Positions 30,845 through 40,706 of a stretch of DNA of 64,000 nt are shown in pieces. A model generated the notes under the pieces. It worked only from the letters and a program-made list of their open reading frames with translations. It had not been told where the DNA came from and ran no database searches. The stretch's first letter is position 1, and each line of letters starts with the position of its first letter. The translations under genes and the position numbers were made by a program. This DNA comes from an uncultured bacterium (GTDB taxonomy: Bacteria > Verrucomicrobiota > Verrucomicrobiia > Limisphaerales > UBA8199), in contig CAVVMW010000021.1 in the NCBI GenBank assembly GCA_963749495.1, forward strand, positions 192,001-256,000, read 5' to 3'.

Positions 30845-31505
30845 GTTCAAGTTGAGCAAGAATCATTTCTTTTAGCCTGCGCCGGGCCCGCGCCAGGCGG
30901 GATTCCACGGCTTTTTCCGTCGTCCGGGTCTCCTCCGCGATCTGGCGGACCGGTTGACCGGCCAAGTACTTGCGTTCGAGCGATTCGCGTTCTTCGGCCG
31001 GCAAGGCGGCCAGGTTCGCCTGGAGCAACTCCATCAGGCGCGCGTCGGCATCGCTGGCGGGCGCCTGGGCGGCGATTTGCTCTTGCTCGAAAAAGCGGCC
31101 CAGGAAACTCAGGTAGCGGCGCGAGCGGCGGCTTTCATCGGCCACGGAACTGCGCGCCAGCACCGTGAGCCAGCTCCAAAAGACCGCTTCCGAGTCGAAC
31201 CTCCTTGCGTGGCGGACCACGCGCAGCAGCGTCAATTGGAGGGCCTCGCGGGCGGCCTGCTCGCTTCCGGTGACCACCAAGAGGTAACGCAGCAACCGGT
31301 CGAAATAGAGTTCATAGAAGCGCCGGTAGGCCCCCTCATCGCCCCGGGCCATCCGGGCCGTCAGCGACGGGATCTCGCCCGCTGATGCGGGAGGCTCCTG
31401 CAATTGGGGCTCCTCGAGGGTCAATGGACGCGCGCGCGGGGCCGAGGCAATAGCCACCGGCACCGCGCAGGCCAAATGGAGACCGCTATTTGGCCGAGGG
31501 TCCAT
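30834..31505 (-). CDS. ECF RNA polymerase sigma factor
   Basis: MARGDEGAYRRFYELY, FWSWL, IAEE...AVESRLARARRRL. Confidence 0.9.
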   Translation of the reverse strand: MDPRPNSGLHLACAVPVAIASAPRARPLTLEEPQLQEPPASAGEIPSLTARMARGDEGAYRRFYELYFDRLLRYLLVVTGSEQAAREALQLTLLRVVRHARRFDSEAVFWSWLTVLARSSVADESRRSRRYLSFLGRFFEQEQIAAQAPASDADARLMELLQANLAALPAEERESLERKYLAGQPVRQIAEETRTTEKAVESRLARARRRLKEMILAQLEHGH

Positions 31506-32325
31506 CCTTTTTCGGCATGCCTTCTGGAGCGGTTTTCTCGCGCGCCTTTCTCTCGGCAGCCGTTTCTGCTTTAGGGGGGGCCATGCTCAACTGCTCAAGG
31601 ACATTGTCGATGAGCTTCAATTGATCGAACGGGCCTACCGCGATGAGCAGTTTGGTCTCCGCGTGGAATTTGAGGCGCGGTTTGGGGTTGATTCCCAGGA
31701 GGTCCCAGCCGGTTTGAATGGCCGTTGTGATGTCGTCGATCGTGAAATTGTCGAGCAGCCCGGCCGTTTGAAAAAACCGGCAGACGTTCGGCGTGGGCGA
31801 GCTTGTTCTGCTCTGGAAACACCAGACTGCATTCTCACCCTCTCCTGTGCTTTGGAACTCATACGCGGATTCGACCCACCGGTCTTGCACGAGTTTGTGC
31901 GTTCGGCTCGTCAGGTTGAGGGCACGGAACAGATCCGGCACCGTGACGCTCGTGAGCTTCACGGGCGGGAGCTGAACGTCCCTGTCCTCGGCCGGGATAA
32001 TGGCGTTCAGCGGCTTGCCGGTGATGTGTTCAATCCCAGCCACCAGTTCGTGCGGGGTGCCGCCGGGGAAATTCAGATCGAACCGCTGCAACAGGGGTCT
32101 GGCGGGCTCGCGTTTCGTTGCCGAAGCGGTCCCTGACGAAGGGGCCTGACCCAGGACGGCTTGCGCCGCCAGGATGGAGGCCAGAAGGACTGCGGCAGTT
32201 CCAGAACGCGCGCGCAAGGGGCGGAGAGCCGCGGAGCAACGGACGAGGGGCGAGGGGATGGAGGCGAGACTGCGATCTGCAAAGCCCGGCGGGGGCTGGC
32301 ATAAGCGATGTCGTGTTGTTGTCAT
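31486..32325 (-). CDS. Exported hypothetical protein with secretin N-domain (NolW-like) similarity
   Basis: Hydrophobic leader; FHAETKLLIAVGPFDQLKLIDNVLEQL. Confidence 0.5.
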   Translation of the reverse strand: MTTTRHRLCQPPPGFADRSLASIPSPLVRCSAALRPLRARSGTAAVLLASILAAQAVLGQAPSSGTASATKREPARPLLQRFDLNFPGGTPHELVAGIEHITGKPLNAIIPAEDRDVQLPPVKLTSVTVPDLFRALNLTSRTHKLVQDRWVESAYEFQSTGEGENAVWCFQSRTSSPTPNVCRFFQTAGLLDNFTIDDITTAIQTGWDLLGINPKPRLKFHAETKLLIAVGPFDQLKLIDNVLEQLSMAPPKAETAAERKAREKTAPEGMPKKDGPSAK

Positions 32326-32487
32326 ATCTGTTACTTGTCAATGTGTTGATTTCGCTCTTTCATTCAGAAACACGCCGCGGGGGCCAAAATCCTTCGCGGG
32401 CGCTTGGAATTAAATGTGGTTCCCCATAATCGATGTCCAAAACCGGCCCGGCCAACGAGTTTCGAGCATTCGGATTTGAAATCAAAC

Positions 32488-33099
32488 TCAGCGCTGATCC
32501 CTTATGCGCCTCACCAACCTTTCCACCTCACGGTCATCCCAGTTGCCCTTGAGCACTACGTCTGCCCACCGGGCCTGCGGGGCGACGAATCTGCGGTGCA
32601 TCGGCTGGACCGCGTCCCGGAACTGCTCGAGAACCGAGGCGCGCGTCCGGCCACGGGCCTCCACATCCCGCGCCAGACGCCGCGCCAGCCGAATGCGGGC
32701 GGGGCAATTCAGGAAAATGCGGAGCCGGAACAGGCGCCGCAGCGAAGGCCGCAGCAGCAGCCACAAGCCGTCCACCAGGACAATGGGCTTGGGTTGGACC
32801 ATGCGAAAGCCGCGGCGGCAATGGGTTGCGAAATCATAGCGCGGAACCAGCGCCGGCAGGCCGGCCAGCCAATCGCCCAGGACGCGCTCGACGCTGGGCC
32901 AGTCAACGGCGCGGGGGTGGTCGAAGTTGAGCTTGGCCCGGCGGCCGGCAGGAAGATGCGATTGGTCGCGGTAGAAATCGTCCAGCGAGAGCCGCGCCGC
33001 CTCGGCCCCGAGCAAATCCGCGAGTTGGCCGGCCAGCTGGCTTTTGCCGGCCCCGCTGCCGCCCACAATCGCGACCAGGATGGGAGAAGCCGAGTGCAT
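32488..33099 (-). CDS. udk: Uridine kinase
   Basis: GGSGAGKS, LDDFY, NFDHP, PRYDF, RRLARDVEARGR. Confidence 0.9.
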   Translation of the reverse strand: MHSASPILVAIVGGSGAGKSQLAGQLADLLGAEAARLSLDDFYRDQSHLPAGRRAKLNFDHPRAVDWPSVERVLGDWLAGLPALVPRYDFATHCRRGFRMVQPKPIVLVDGLWLLLRPSLRRLFRLRIFLNCPARIRLARRLARDVEARGRTRASVLEQFRDAVQPMHRRFVAPQARWADVVLKGNWDDREVERLVRRIRDQR

Positions 33100-33247
33100 C
33101 TTCGCGGGACTCTCGATAAACCTCAGTCGGCCTGCGTGCAAGCGCGAGTGTCGAGCGGGGCGCATTCGGGCACCGCCCCCGAGCGGCAGCGGCGCGGTGG
33201 GAGTGCGCCCGTCCTTGGGCGGACTCCGGGGGCATCGGGATGCGCCC

Positions 33248-33452
33248 CAGGGCCGAAGGCCCGCAATGTGATAGCCCGGGCTGGAGCGGAAGCGAAGGCC
33301 CGGGTAAGCCAGCGCCCCTCGAAAAGCCCCGGCCTGTAAGGCCGGGACCTTATGGCGCCCCTACAGGGCGCGCGAGATTTTGCCCCCGTGACCTGGGCCT
33401 CCGCTCGCAAGCTCGCTCCAGCCCAGGCTGTCACATTTCGGGCTTTCAGCCC
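33248..33452. repeat. REPIN-like palindromic intergenic repeat
   Basis: gggccgaaggcccgcaatgtgatagcccggg pairs with cccaggctgtcacatttcgggctttcagccc. Confidence 0.65.
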
Positions 33453-33567
33453 GAGGACGGGCGCATCCCGGGGGCGGTGTCCGGTTGCGCCCTGTCGAGT
33501 GCCGAGCATTGTCGGATTGGAGTTGTGGAAAACAGTCGTTCCTGGTTAGCATCGATGCCGAACTTGA

Positions 33568-34541
33568 ATGACGACCAATCGCTTCTTCATGATAGCCGCG
33601 GGCGCGGCAGCGCTGGCGGCGGCGCTCGCCGGCTGCGAAAAGGCCGGACCGCCGCCGCCGGGCGCCGGCGCAGAGGGGGGGCCTGCCAAACCCGCCGTCT
33701 CCGGCTTGCCCCAGGCGCCAACCCCGGTCACGACCGCGTCCAGTGTCCAGATGGTGTATCTCCCCGGCGGGGAGTTCATCATGGGGGACGACCATGGCGC
33801 TGCGGACGAGGCCCCGGCCCACAAGGTCAGAGTGAGCGCGTTCCTCATGGACAAGTTCGAGGTGACCCAGGAAATGCTGGCCAAGGCCCAGTTGCCCAAT
33901 CCCTCCCACTGGCACGACAGCCCGGGCCGGCCGGTCGAGCGCGTGCGCTGGCGCGACGCCAAGCAATACTGCAACGAACGCTCGCTCCTGGAGGGCCTCA
34001 AACCGTGCTACAACGAAAAGACGCTCGACTGGGATTGCGACTTTTCAGCCAACGGTTACCGCCTCCCGACCGAGGCGGAGTGGGAATATGCCTGCCGCGC
34101 GGGGGCGCCAAACCCGGGCGACCTGGCCCGGCCCGAGAAGTTGCGCCAAGTCGCCTGGTTCGCCGACAACTCCGAGCAGAAGACACACCTGGTCGGCCAG
34201 AAAAGACCCAATGCCTGGGGCATCTACGACCTCTACGGCAATGTCTCCGAATGGTGTGAAGATGTCTATAGCCCCGCCTACTACAAGGAGAGTCCCCCGG
34301 CCGATCCCCCGGCCCGCCCAATACCGGCAAGGACGTGCGGCGGGTCATCCGCGGCGGAAGCTGGCAATCCAGCGCCGGCCAATGCCGCCCCTCCGCCCGC
34401 CAGGCAGAACGGACAGGGGACAGCGATGCCTGCTTCTCCACCGACTATTGCGGGTTCCGTTGCGTGCGGCGCGTGAGCCTGGAAGAGCTCAAACAACTGC
34501 TTGCGCCGGAAAAGCGCCCGACTCCCTCTTCGCAGAAATGA
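33568..34541 (+). CDS. SUMF1/FGE-sulfatase-domain lipoprotein, frameshifted near 34310
   Basis: LAGC lipobox; RLPTEAEWEYACR, NAWGIYDLYGNVSEW; RVIRGGSW and GFRCV in the next frame. Confidence 0.88.
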
Positions 34542-34567
34542 ATCCGAATCTGATGAGTCGCCCCTTG

Positions 34568-34713
34568 CCCCTCACCCCGGCCCTCTCCCCGTCCGACGGG
34601 GAGAGGGAGGACCGCCGCCCGTCTCTCGACGAATCCCAGCGCGTTCGAACCTCCGAGAACCGGGCTTTGCTGCTCCCTCTCCCCGTCGGACGGGGAGAGG
34701 GCCGGGGTGAGGG
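34568..34713. repeat. REP-like palindrome (ccctcaccccggccctctccc family)
   Basis: Near-perfect paired arms. Confidence 0.8.
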
Positions 34714-34861
34714 GAAACCCGGCGGCCAAACTCCCCCACGTGCCCAAATTCCGATTTGCGGCCCGCCAATTTTCAATTTTCAATTCATCCGTGGTCATCC
34801 GTGGTCATCCGTGGTCAAAGCCGCTCGATCGCCTCGCTCAACCTGACCTTCGCCCGGCAGC

Positions 34862-36463
34862 ATGCTCTTCCACACCTGGCCATTCCTGGTTTTCCTCCTG
34901 GTCGTGCTGACGGGCTTCTTCGCCCTGCGCAAGACCCGGCTCTGGCTGCCCTGGCTCACCCTGGCCTCCTACTTCTTCTACGGCTGGTGGAATCCCTACT
35001 ACCTGTTCCTGGTCATCTATTCGACCCTGCTCGACTTCTCCCTGGTCGCCCTGATGGACCATTGCCCGCGCGGGGACCAAAAGGTGGACACCGTGTCGCG
35101 CCTGCTGCGGCTGCAATTCGACGAGCCGGTTCTCAAGAGGGCCTTTGTGGCCGCTGCCGCCGCCACGCTGGGCAGCCTCCTCCTGGCCTTGGCGGGGCCC
35201 AAGACCCTGCGCCCAACACTGGTCGGGCTGAGCGTCCTGCTCTTGCTCATGGCCCTGGGCGCGTTCTACCGCAGCCGCAAGATCTGGCTCCTCATCAGCC
35301 TGGTCAACAACCTGGCCCTCCTGCTCTTCTTCAAATACGCGCGCTTCGTGGCCGAAAACCTCAACGGCATCCTCTCCTGGGTCCACATCCCGTTCAAACT
35401 CTCCGACCCCTCGACCCTCATGCCGTTCGGCTTTCAGTACCTGCTGCCCGTCGGCATCTCCTTCTTCACCTTCCAATCCCTGAGTTACACAATTGATTTC
35501 TACCTGGGCAACGTCCAGCGCGAGCGCAATTTCCTCCGCTTTGCCACTTTCGTCTGTTTCTTCCCCCAGTTGATGGCCGGCCCCATCGAGCGCGCCCGCC
35601 ATCTGCTCCCCCAATTCCGCCAGTTCCCTGCCTTCCGCCTCCAGAACCTCACCGACGGCGCTTCGCTCTTTCTGGTGGGCCTGTTCAAGAAGCTGGCCCT
35701 GGCCAACTATCTCTCGTTTTTCGTCGAGCGCGTCTATGACAACCCGAGGGCCTTCGGCGCCCCTGCCCTGGCCCTGGGCACGGTCGCCTTCGGCTGGCAG
35801 ATCTTCTTCGATTTCAGCGGCTACACGGACATGGCGCGGGGCGTGGCCAAGCTCATGGGCTTCGATTTGATCCTCAACTTCAACAACCCCTACATGGCGA
35901 CCGGCCTGGGCGAGTTCTGGTCGCGCTGGCACATTAGCCTGTCGAGTTGGTTCCGCGACTACGTGTATATCCCCCTGGGCGGCAACCGCCATGGCCGGCT
36001 CAGCACTTACCGCAACCTCTTCCTGACCTTTTTCATCTCCGGCATCTGGCACGGCGCGGCGTGGACCTTCGTCATCTGGGGCGCCCTGCACGGGATTGGC
36101 GTGGTTGTGACGCGCGAACTGGAGCGCTCGGCGCTCTACCGCGAGCGCGTGCCCAAACTTCTCAAGCAGGCCGGCGTGTTCATCTTCGTCTCGTTTACTT
36201 GGATCTTCTTCCGCGCCGGGTCTCTGAACGACGCGCTGCTCATCATTGGACGCATCTTCAGCGCCGCCTGGTTGGACCCGCAGATCCCGGCGCTGATGCT
36301 CGTGCTCATCATCCTGGTCTGGCTCTACGAGTATCTTTATGAATCCCGGTTTCGACCGGTCCTCCAGACCGGCCTGGTGCGCGTGGCGGTGGCGGTCTTC
36401 ATGGTGATCTATCTCTGCCTCTGTTCCTCGGGCGGCGGCGCATTCATCTATTTCCAGTTCTGA
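34862..36463 (+). CDS. MBOAT O-acyltransferase (AlgI/DltB family)
   Basis: LPVGISFFTFQ, FFPQLMAGPI, DFSGY, FWSRWHISLS, GIWHGA. Confidence 0.93.
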   Translation: MLFHTWPFLVFLLVVLTGFFALRKTRLWLPWLTLASYFFYGWWNPYYLFLVIYSTLLDFSLVALMDHCPRGDQKVDTVSRLLRLQFDEPVLKRAFVAAAAATLGSLLLALAGPKTLRPTLVGLSVLLLLMALGAFYRSRKIWLLISLVNNLALLLFFKYARFVAENLNGILSWVHIPFKLSDPSTLMPFGFQYLLPVGISFFTFQSLSYTIDFYLGNVQRERNFLRFATFVCFFPQLMAGPIERARHLLPQFRQFPAFRLQNLTDGASLFLVGLFKKLALANYLSFFVERVYDNPRAFGAPALALGTVAFGWQIFFDFSGYTDMARGVAKLMGFDLILNFNNPYMATGLGEFWSRWHISLSSWFRDYVYIPLGGNRHGRLSTYRNLFLTFFISGIWHGAAWTFVIWGALHGIGVVVTRELERSALYRERVPKLLKQAGVFIFVSFTWIFFRAGSLNDALLIIGRIFSAAWLDPQIPALMLVLIILVWLYEYLYESRFRPVLQTGLVRVAVAVFMVIYLCLCSSGGGAFIYFQF

Positions 36464-36474
36464 CCTGACCTGAT

Positions 36475-37698
36475 ATGGAGCCCCAGACACCCGCAGCCCG
36501 CAACCCGGAGAGCCCCCCGACGGCAGGCCCGCCCCCGGTGCAGCAACAAGAGGCCAAGCCCGCGGCCCCGAAGGTGCCCTTCGGTGTAAACGAGATGCGG
36601 CTCAACACCCGGCAATGGCTGGCAACCTTCGCCCTTGTGGCCCTGGTCGTGGTGTTGACGCCACGCCTTTGGGAGCGAATCGAGCGGTTCCTAACCGGCT
36701 CCGACTACCGTATCCCCTATTCCTTGAGCAAGGACTACTGGTTGTATGGCCGCCGGCTCCGCCAGGTGACGGCGGCTCCGGAGAAAGTCGTCCTGCTGGG
36801 CGACTCGGTCGTATGGGGCGAATACGTGGCGCCCGAGGGCACGCTCTCCCATTTCCTCAACGAACAGGCCGGTTCAACCGACCGCTTCGTCAACGGCGGC
36901 CTCAACGGGCTTTTCCCCCTGGCCCAGGAGGGTTTGGTGCGCTATTACGGCGGGGCGCTCCGCCACCGGAAGTTGCTCCTCCAGTGCAATGTCCTCTGGC
37001 TCACCAGCCCCAAGGCCGACCTGAGCGCAACCAAGGAGGAGGCCTTCAACCACTCCCGCCTGGTCCCGCAATTCTATCCCCGCATCCCCTGCTACAAAGC
37101 CCAGGCCAACGAGCGCCTCAGCGCCCTCGTCGAGCGCAACGTGAGCTTCGTCCAATGGGTCGGCCACCTCCAAAACGCCTATTTCGGCCAGAAGAGCATC
37201 CTGGGCTGGACCCTCGAGGACGATGCCGGCAGCCCGCCGCGCTACCCCAATGCCTGGAAGAATCCGCTCTCCCAGATCACCCTCGCCGTCCCTTGCGCCC
37301 CGCAACCGGACCCGGAGCGCGGCCCGGCCAGCCCGCGCCACAAACAGTGGTCCGGCACGACCCGTTTCGACTGGGTGGACCTCGATGCCTCGTTGCAGTG
37401 GCCCGCCTTCCAGCGCCTGGTCCAGATGCTGCGCCGGCGGGACAACCAGGTCCTGGTCGTCCTCGGCCCATTCAATGAGCACATGATCGCCGAAGACAAC
37501 CGCGCGCCTTTTCACAAGCTCCGCGATGGCATCGCCGCCTGGCTCGCCGCCCAGCACATCCCCCACATCGCTCCTGAAACGCTCCCCACCGAGCTCTACG
37601 CCGACGCCAGCCATCCCTTGACCGACGGCTACCGGCTCCTGGCGCAACGGCTCTACCACGACACCGCCTTCCAGCAATGGCTCCGCGCCAAGCCGTGA
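36475..37698 (+). CDS. Membrane-anchored SGNH-like protein (AlgJ/DltD-type partner)
   Basis: LLGDSVVWG and DASH motifs; follows the MBOAT gene. Confidence 0.7.
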   Translation: MEPQTPAARNPESPPTAGPPPVQQQEAKPAAPKVPFGVNEMRLNTRQWLATFALVALVVVLTPRLWERIERFLTGSDYRIPYSLSKDYWLYGRRLRQVTAAPEKVVLLGDSVVWGEYVAPEGTLSHFLNEQAGSTDRFVNGGLNGLFPLAQEGLVRYYGGALRHRKLLLQCNVLWLTSPKADLSATKEEAFNHSRLVPQFYPRIPCYKAQANERLSALVERNVSFVQWVGHLQNAYFGQKSILGWTLEDDAGSPPRYPNAWKNPLSQITLAVPCAPQPDPERGPASPRHKQWSGTTRFDWVDLDASLQWPAFQRLVQMLRRRDNQVLVVLGPFNEHMIAEDNRAPFHKLRDGIAAWLAAQHIPHIAPETLPTELYADASHPLTDGYRLLAQRLYHDTAFQQWLRAKP

Positions 37699-37767
37699 AG
37701 CGTGAGAGCGTCGGAGCGTCAAAGAAGGACGCCCCATCCATAAACCGTTCCCGAAGCCCGCCGTGGA

Positions 37768-38027
37768 TGTGAGACAGAATTCTTTTTGGGCCTCCAGATC
37801 GCAAATCTCAAAGCTGATCCGGGCCTTCGATCCTTCGTTTCCTTCGTTTCCTTCTGTTCTTTTCCTTCGTCCCGCCGGCTGGGAACAGGAACAGAACAGA
37901 ACAGAAGGAAACGAAGGAAACGAAGAGGCGGCCTGGCACTGCGGCATCGATCTGGCCCGTGCCAGTTCGTATCTGGGCTTCTAGACACTTTTTGTGACGA
38001 AACCCCAGCAAAACCCATATTGTGAAG
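37768..38027 (+). repeat. MITE-like repeat, copy of 14788-15041
   Basis: Colinear similarity over about 260 bp. Confidence 0.85.
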
Positions 38028-38106
38028 ATTTTTGTGCGGCGCTCCCCTGCCGTTCCCCGCGCCGGAATCTCTTGCCGCCATTCCCTTCTCGACTTAATTT
38101 GACGCC

Positions 38107-40290
38107 ATGAATTCGAGGACCCGATTGCCCGCCCGATTGACCATCCCGCCCGCGTTTCACCCTTTCACTGCCCTGCTCCTGTCCCTGGCTCTTCCGTGGA
38201 GCGCAGGCTCGGCGCTGCCCACGGTGCCCGCCCCCGAGCAACCGGTCACCAACACTTATCACGGCGTCGCCGTCGTGGACGATTACCAGTGGCTGGAGGA
38301 CGCCCAGGCGCCGGCAGTCCGCCAGTGGACGCGTTTGGAGAACGAGCGCACGCGCGACTACTTCGCCCGCCTGCCCTACCGCCAGGGCCTGGCACAGGCG
38401 CTGCGGCAACTGCGCAGCGAGGAATCCGCCCGCTACTCCGGCTTCCCGGAAATGCAGGGGAGGATCTTCTGCCTGCGCTTCAAGCCGCCGGCGCAGCAGC
38501 CTGTGCTGGTCCGGCTCTCCTCGCTCAACCCGCCCGCCCTCTGGCGAACTGTCTTTGACCCAAACACCTACAACACCAACGGCACAACCGCCATTGATTG
38601 GTATGTGCCCTCCCCGGACGGACGCCTGGCGGCCGTTTCGCTCTCCGAGGGCGGCAGCGAACAGGGCACCCTCCACTTCTTCGAGACGGACACCGGCAAG
38701 GAACTGGGCGACCAGATCCCGCGCGTCCAGTTCCCCACCGGCGGGGGCAGCGCCGCCTGGGCGGCCGACAGCTCCGGCGTCTTCTACACGCGCTACCCGC
38801 ACCCGGGCGAGCGGCCGCAGCCCGACCTGGCCTTCTATCAGCAAGTCTGGTTTCACCGCCTCGGCGCGCCAGTGGCGGACGACAAATACGAACTGGGCGC
38901 CGGCTTCCCGCGCATCGCCGAAATCGAGCTGGAAACCAGCCAGGACGGCCTCTGGATTGCGGCGTCGGTGGCCAATGGCGACGGCGGCGATTTCGAGCAC
39001 TTCGTGCGCAGCGCCGCCGGCAAATGGCAGCAGGTGACCCGGTTCGAAGACGGCATCAAGCGCGTGAAGCTGGGCCGGGACAACGCCCTCTATCTGCTCT
39101 CTCAAAAAGACGCCCCCCGGGGCAAGGTCCTGCGCCTGCCCCTGGAGAGCCTGGACCTTGCCAAGGCCACCGTCGTCGCAGCGGAGAGCAAAGGCGTCGT
39201 CCAGGAACTGGCCCCCTGCAACGGCGGGCTCTATGTGGCGGACCTGCTCGGCGGCCCCTCCGAACTGCGCTACTATCCTCGCGGCAGCCTGCGCCCGCAC
39301 ATCATACCCATCCTGCCCGTCTCCGCCGTGGCCGGGCTTCAGTCCTGGCACGGCAACGATCTCCTCTTCGGCAACGTCAGCTATTTGAAACCCTCCGCCT
39401 GGTTCACCTGGAATCCCGCCGCGCCCCAGGTCCGGCGCACGGCCCTCTACACCACCTCGCCTGTGGATTTTGACGATATCGAGGTCGTGCGCGAATTTGC
39501 GGCTTCCAGAGACGGCACCCGGGTCCCGGTGAACATCCTGCGCAAGAAGGGCCTCAAGCTGGACGGCACCCATCCCACTCTCCTTTATGCCTACGGCGGT
39601 TATGGCGTCAGCCTTTCCCCGAGTTTCGATGCCACCCGGCGCATCTGGTTCGATGCCGGGGGCGTCTATGCCGTGGCCAACCTGCGCGGCGGCGGTGAGT
39701 ACGGCGAGCGATGGCACAAGGCCGGCAATCTCACCCGCAAACAAAATGTCTTCGACGATTTCATCGCCGCGGCCGAGCACCTGGTTCAACGGCATTACAC
39801 CAACCCTTCAAAACTGGCGGCCGAGGGCGGCAGCAACGGCGGCCTGCTCATGGGGGCCTTCCTCACCCAGCGCCCCAACCTCGCCCGCGCTGTCGTCTCC
39901 CACGTCGGCATCTACGATATGCTCCGCGTGGAACTGGACCCCAACGGCCAGTTTAACACGACTGAATTCGGCACCGTCAAAAACCCGGAACAATTCCGCG
40001 CCCTTTACGCCTACTCTCCCTACCATCATGTGCGCAACGGCGTGAAATACCCGGCCGTACTGCTCATGACCGGCGAAAACGACGGACGCGTCAACCCGGC
40101 CCAATCGCGCAAGATGGCCGCCCGGCTCCAGGCGGCCACCGCCTCGGACCGGCCCATCCTCTTCCGCAGCAGCGCCAGCGCCGGCCACGGCATCGGCAGC
40201 TCCCTCAACGAACGCATCGCCCAGCAGGCCGACGTGTACGCCTTCCTCTTCGACCAACTCGGCATCCAGGGCTCACCGTGGGCGTTTTAG
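38107..40290 (+). CDS. Prolyl oligopeptidase (S9A), signal peptide
   Basis: DDYQWLE, YGGY, NLRGGGEYG, GGSNGG, DGRV, AGHG. Confidence 0.93.
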   Translation: MNSRTRLPARLTIPPAFHPFTALLLSLALPWSAGSALPTVPAPEQPVTNTYHGVAVVDDYQWLEDAQAPAVRQWTRLENERTRDYFARLPYRQGLAQALRQLRSEESARYSGFPEMQGRIFCLRFKPPAQQPVLVRLSSLNPPALWRTVFDPNTYNTNGTTAIDWYVPSPDGRLAAVSLSEGGSEQGTLHFFETDTGKELGDQIPRVQFPTGGGSAAWAADSSGVFYTRYPHPGERPQPDLAFYQQVWFHRLGAPVADDKYELGAGFPRIAEIELETSQDGLWIAASVANGDGGDFEHFVRSAAGKWQQVTRFEDGIKRVKLGRDNALYLLSQKDAPRGKVLRLPLESLDLAKATVVAAESKGVVQELAPCNGGLYVADLLGGPSELRYYPRGSLRPHIIPILPVSAVAGLQSWHGNDLLFGNVSYLKPSAWFTWNPAAPQVRRTALYTTSPVDFDDIEVVREFAASRDGTRVPVNILRKKGLKLDGTHPTLLYAYGGYGVSLSPSFDATRRIWFDAGGVYAVANLRGGGEYGERWHKAGNLTRKQNVFDDFIAAAEHLVQRHYTNPSKLAAEGGSNGGLLMGAFLTQRPNLARAVVSHVGIYDMLRVELDPNGQFNTTEFGTVKNPEQFRALYAYSPYHHVRNGVKYPAVLLMTGENDGRVNPAQSRKMAARLQAATASDRPILFRSSASAGHGIGSSLNERIAQQADVYAFLFDQLGIQGSPWAF

Positions 40291-40350
40291 CGTCGGGCGT
40301 ATCTGGCCGGTACCGCCACGCGAGAGAGAGCGGCGGAGCACCAGCTCAGT

Positions 40351-40438
40351 AGCCCGAAGGGCTTGTCATCATTCAGCCCAGGGTTGCGCCAAAGGCGCTA
40401 CCCTGGGTTTCAGGCCACCACATTGAAAACCCTGAAAG
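40351..40438. repeat. Left REP arm targeted by the IS110
   Basis: Inverted homologue at 42191-42295; ends aaaccctgaaAG. Confidence 0.7.
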
Positions 40439-40479
40439 AACTCCCCAAAAATTTTCGCGCATTGACCCCCTGAACCTGA

Positions 40480-40700
40480 TAGACCGTCCTGCGTCAGTCG
40501 TCGGGCGCAGCGTGACCGCATTACCCTTTGGTGCGTTCCGGTTTTCGGAACTGCCCGCCTGAAAGATTGGTTCCGGTCGTCGGCACGCGTATTGTTTGGT
40601 GACGCCGCTTGGGCGGTGTTCCCGCTGGGGAGGCTTGTCCTTTCAAGTGATGACGACCGGGCACCCGCCGGCTGGCTAGTGCAATCAACGTCCAACTACT
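40480..40700 (+). ncRNA. Predicted bridge RNA with target- and donor-binding loops; ends approximate
   Basis: Guides accct (40523-40527) and cctgaaag (40558-40565) match the target; tggggag (40626-40632) matches the right end plus core; stem 40573-40581 / 40652-40660. Confidence 0.75.
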
Positions 40701-40706
40701 CTCAGC

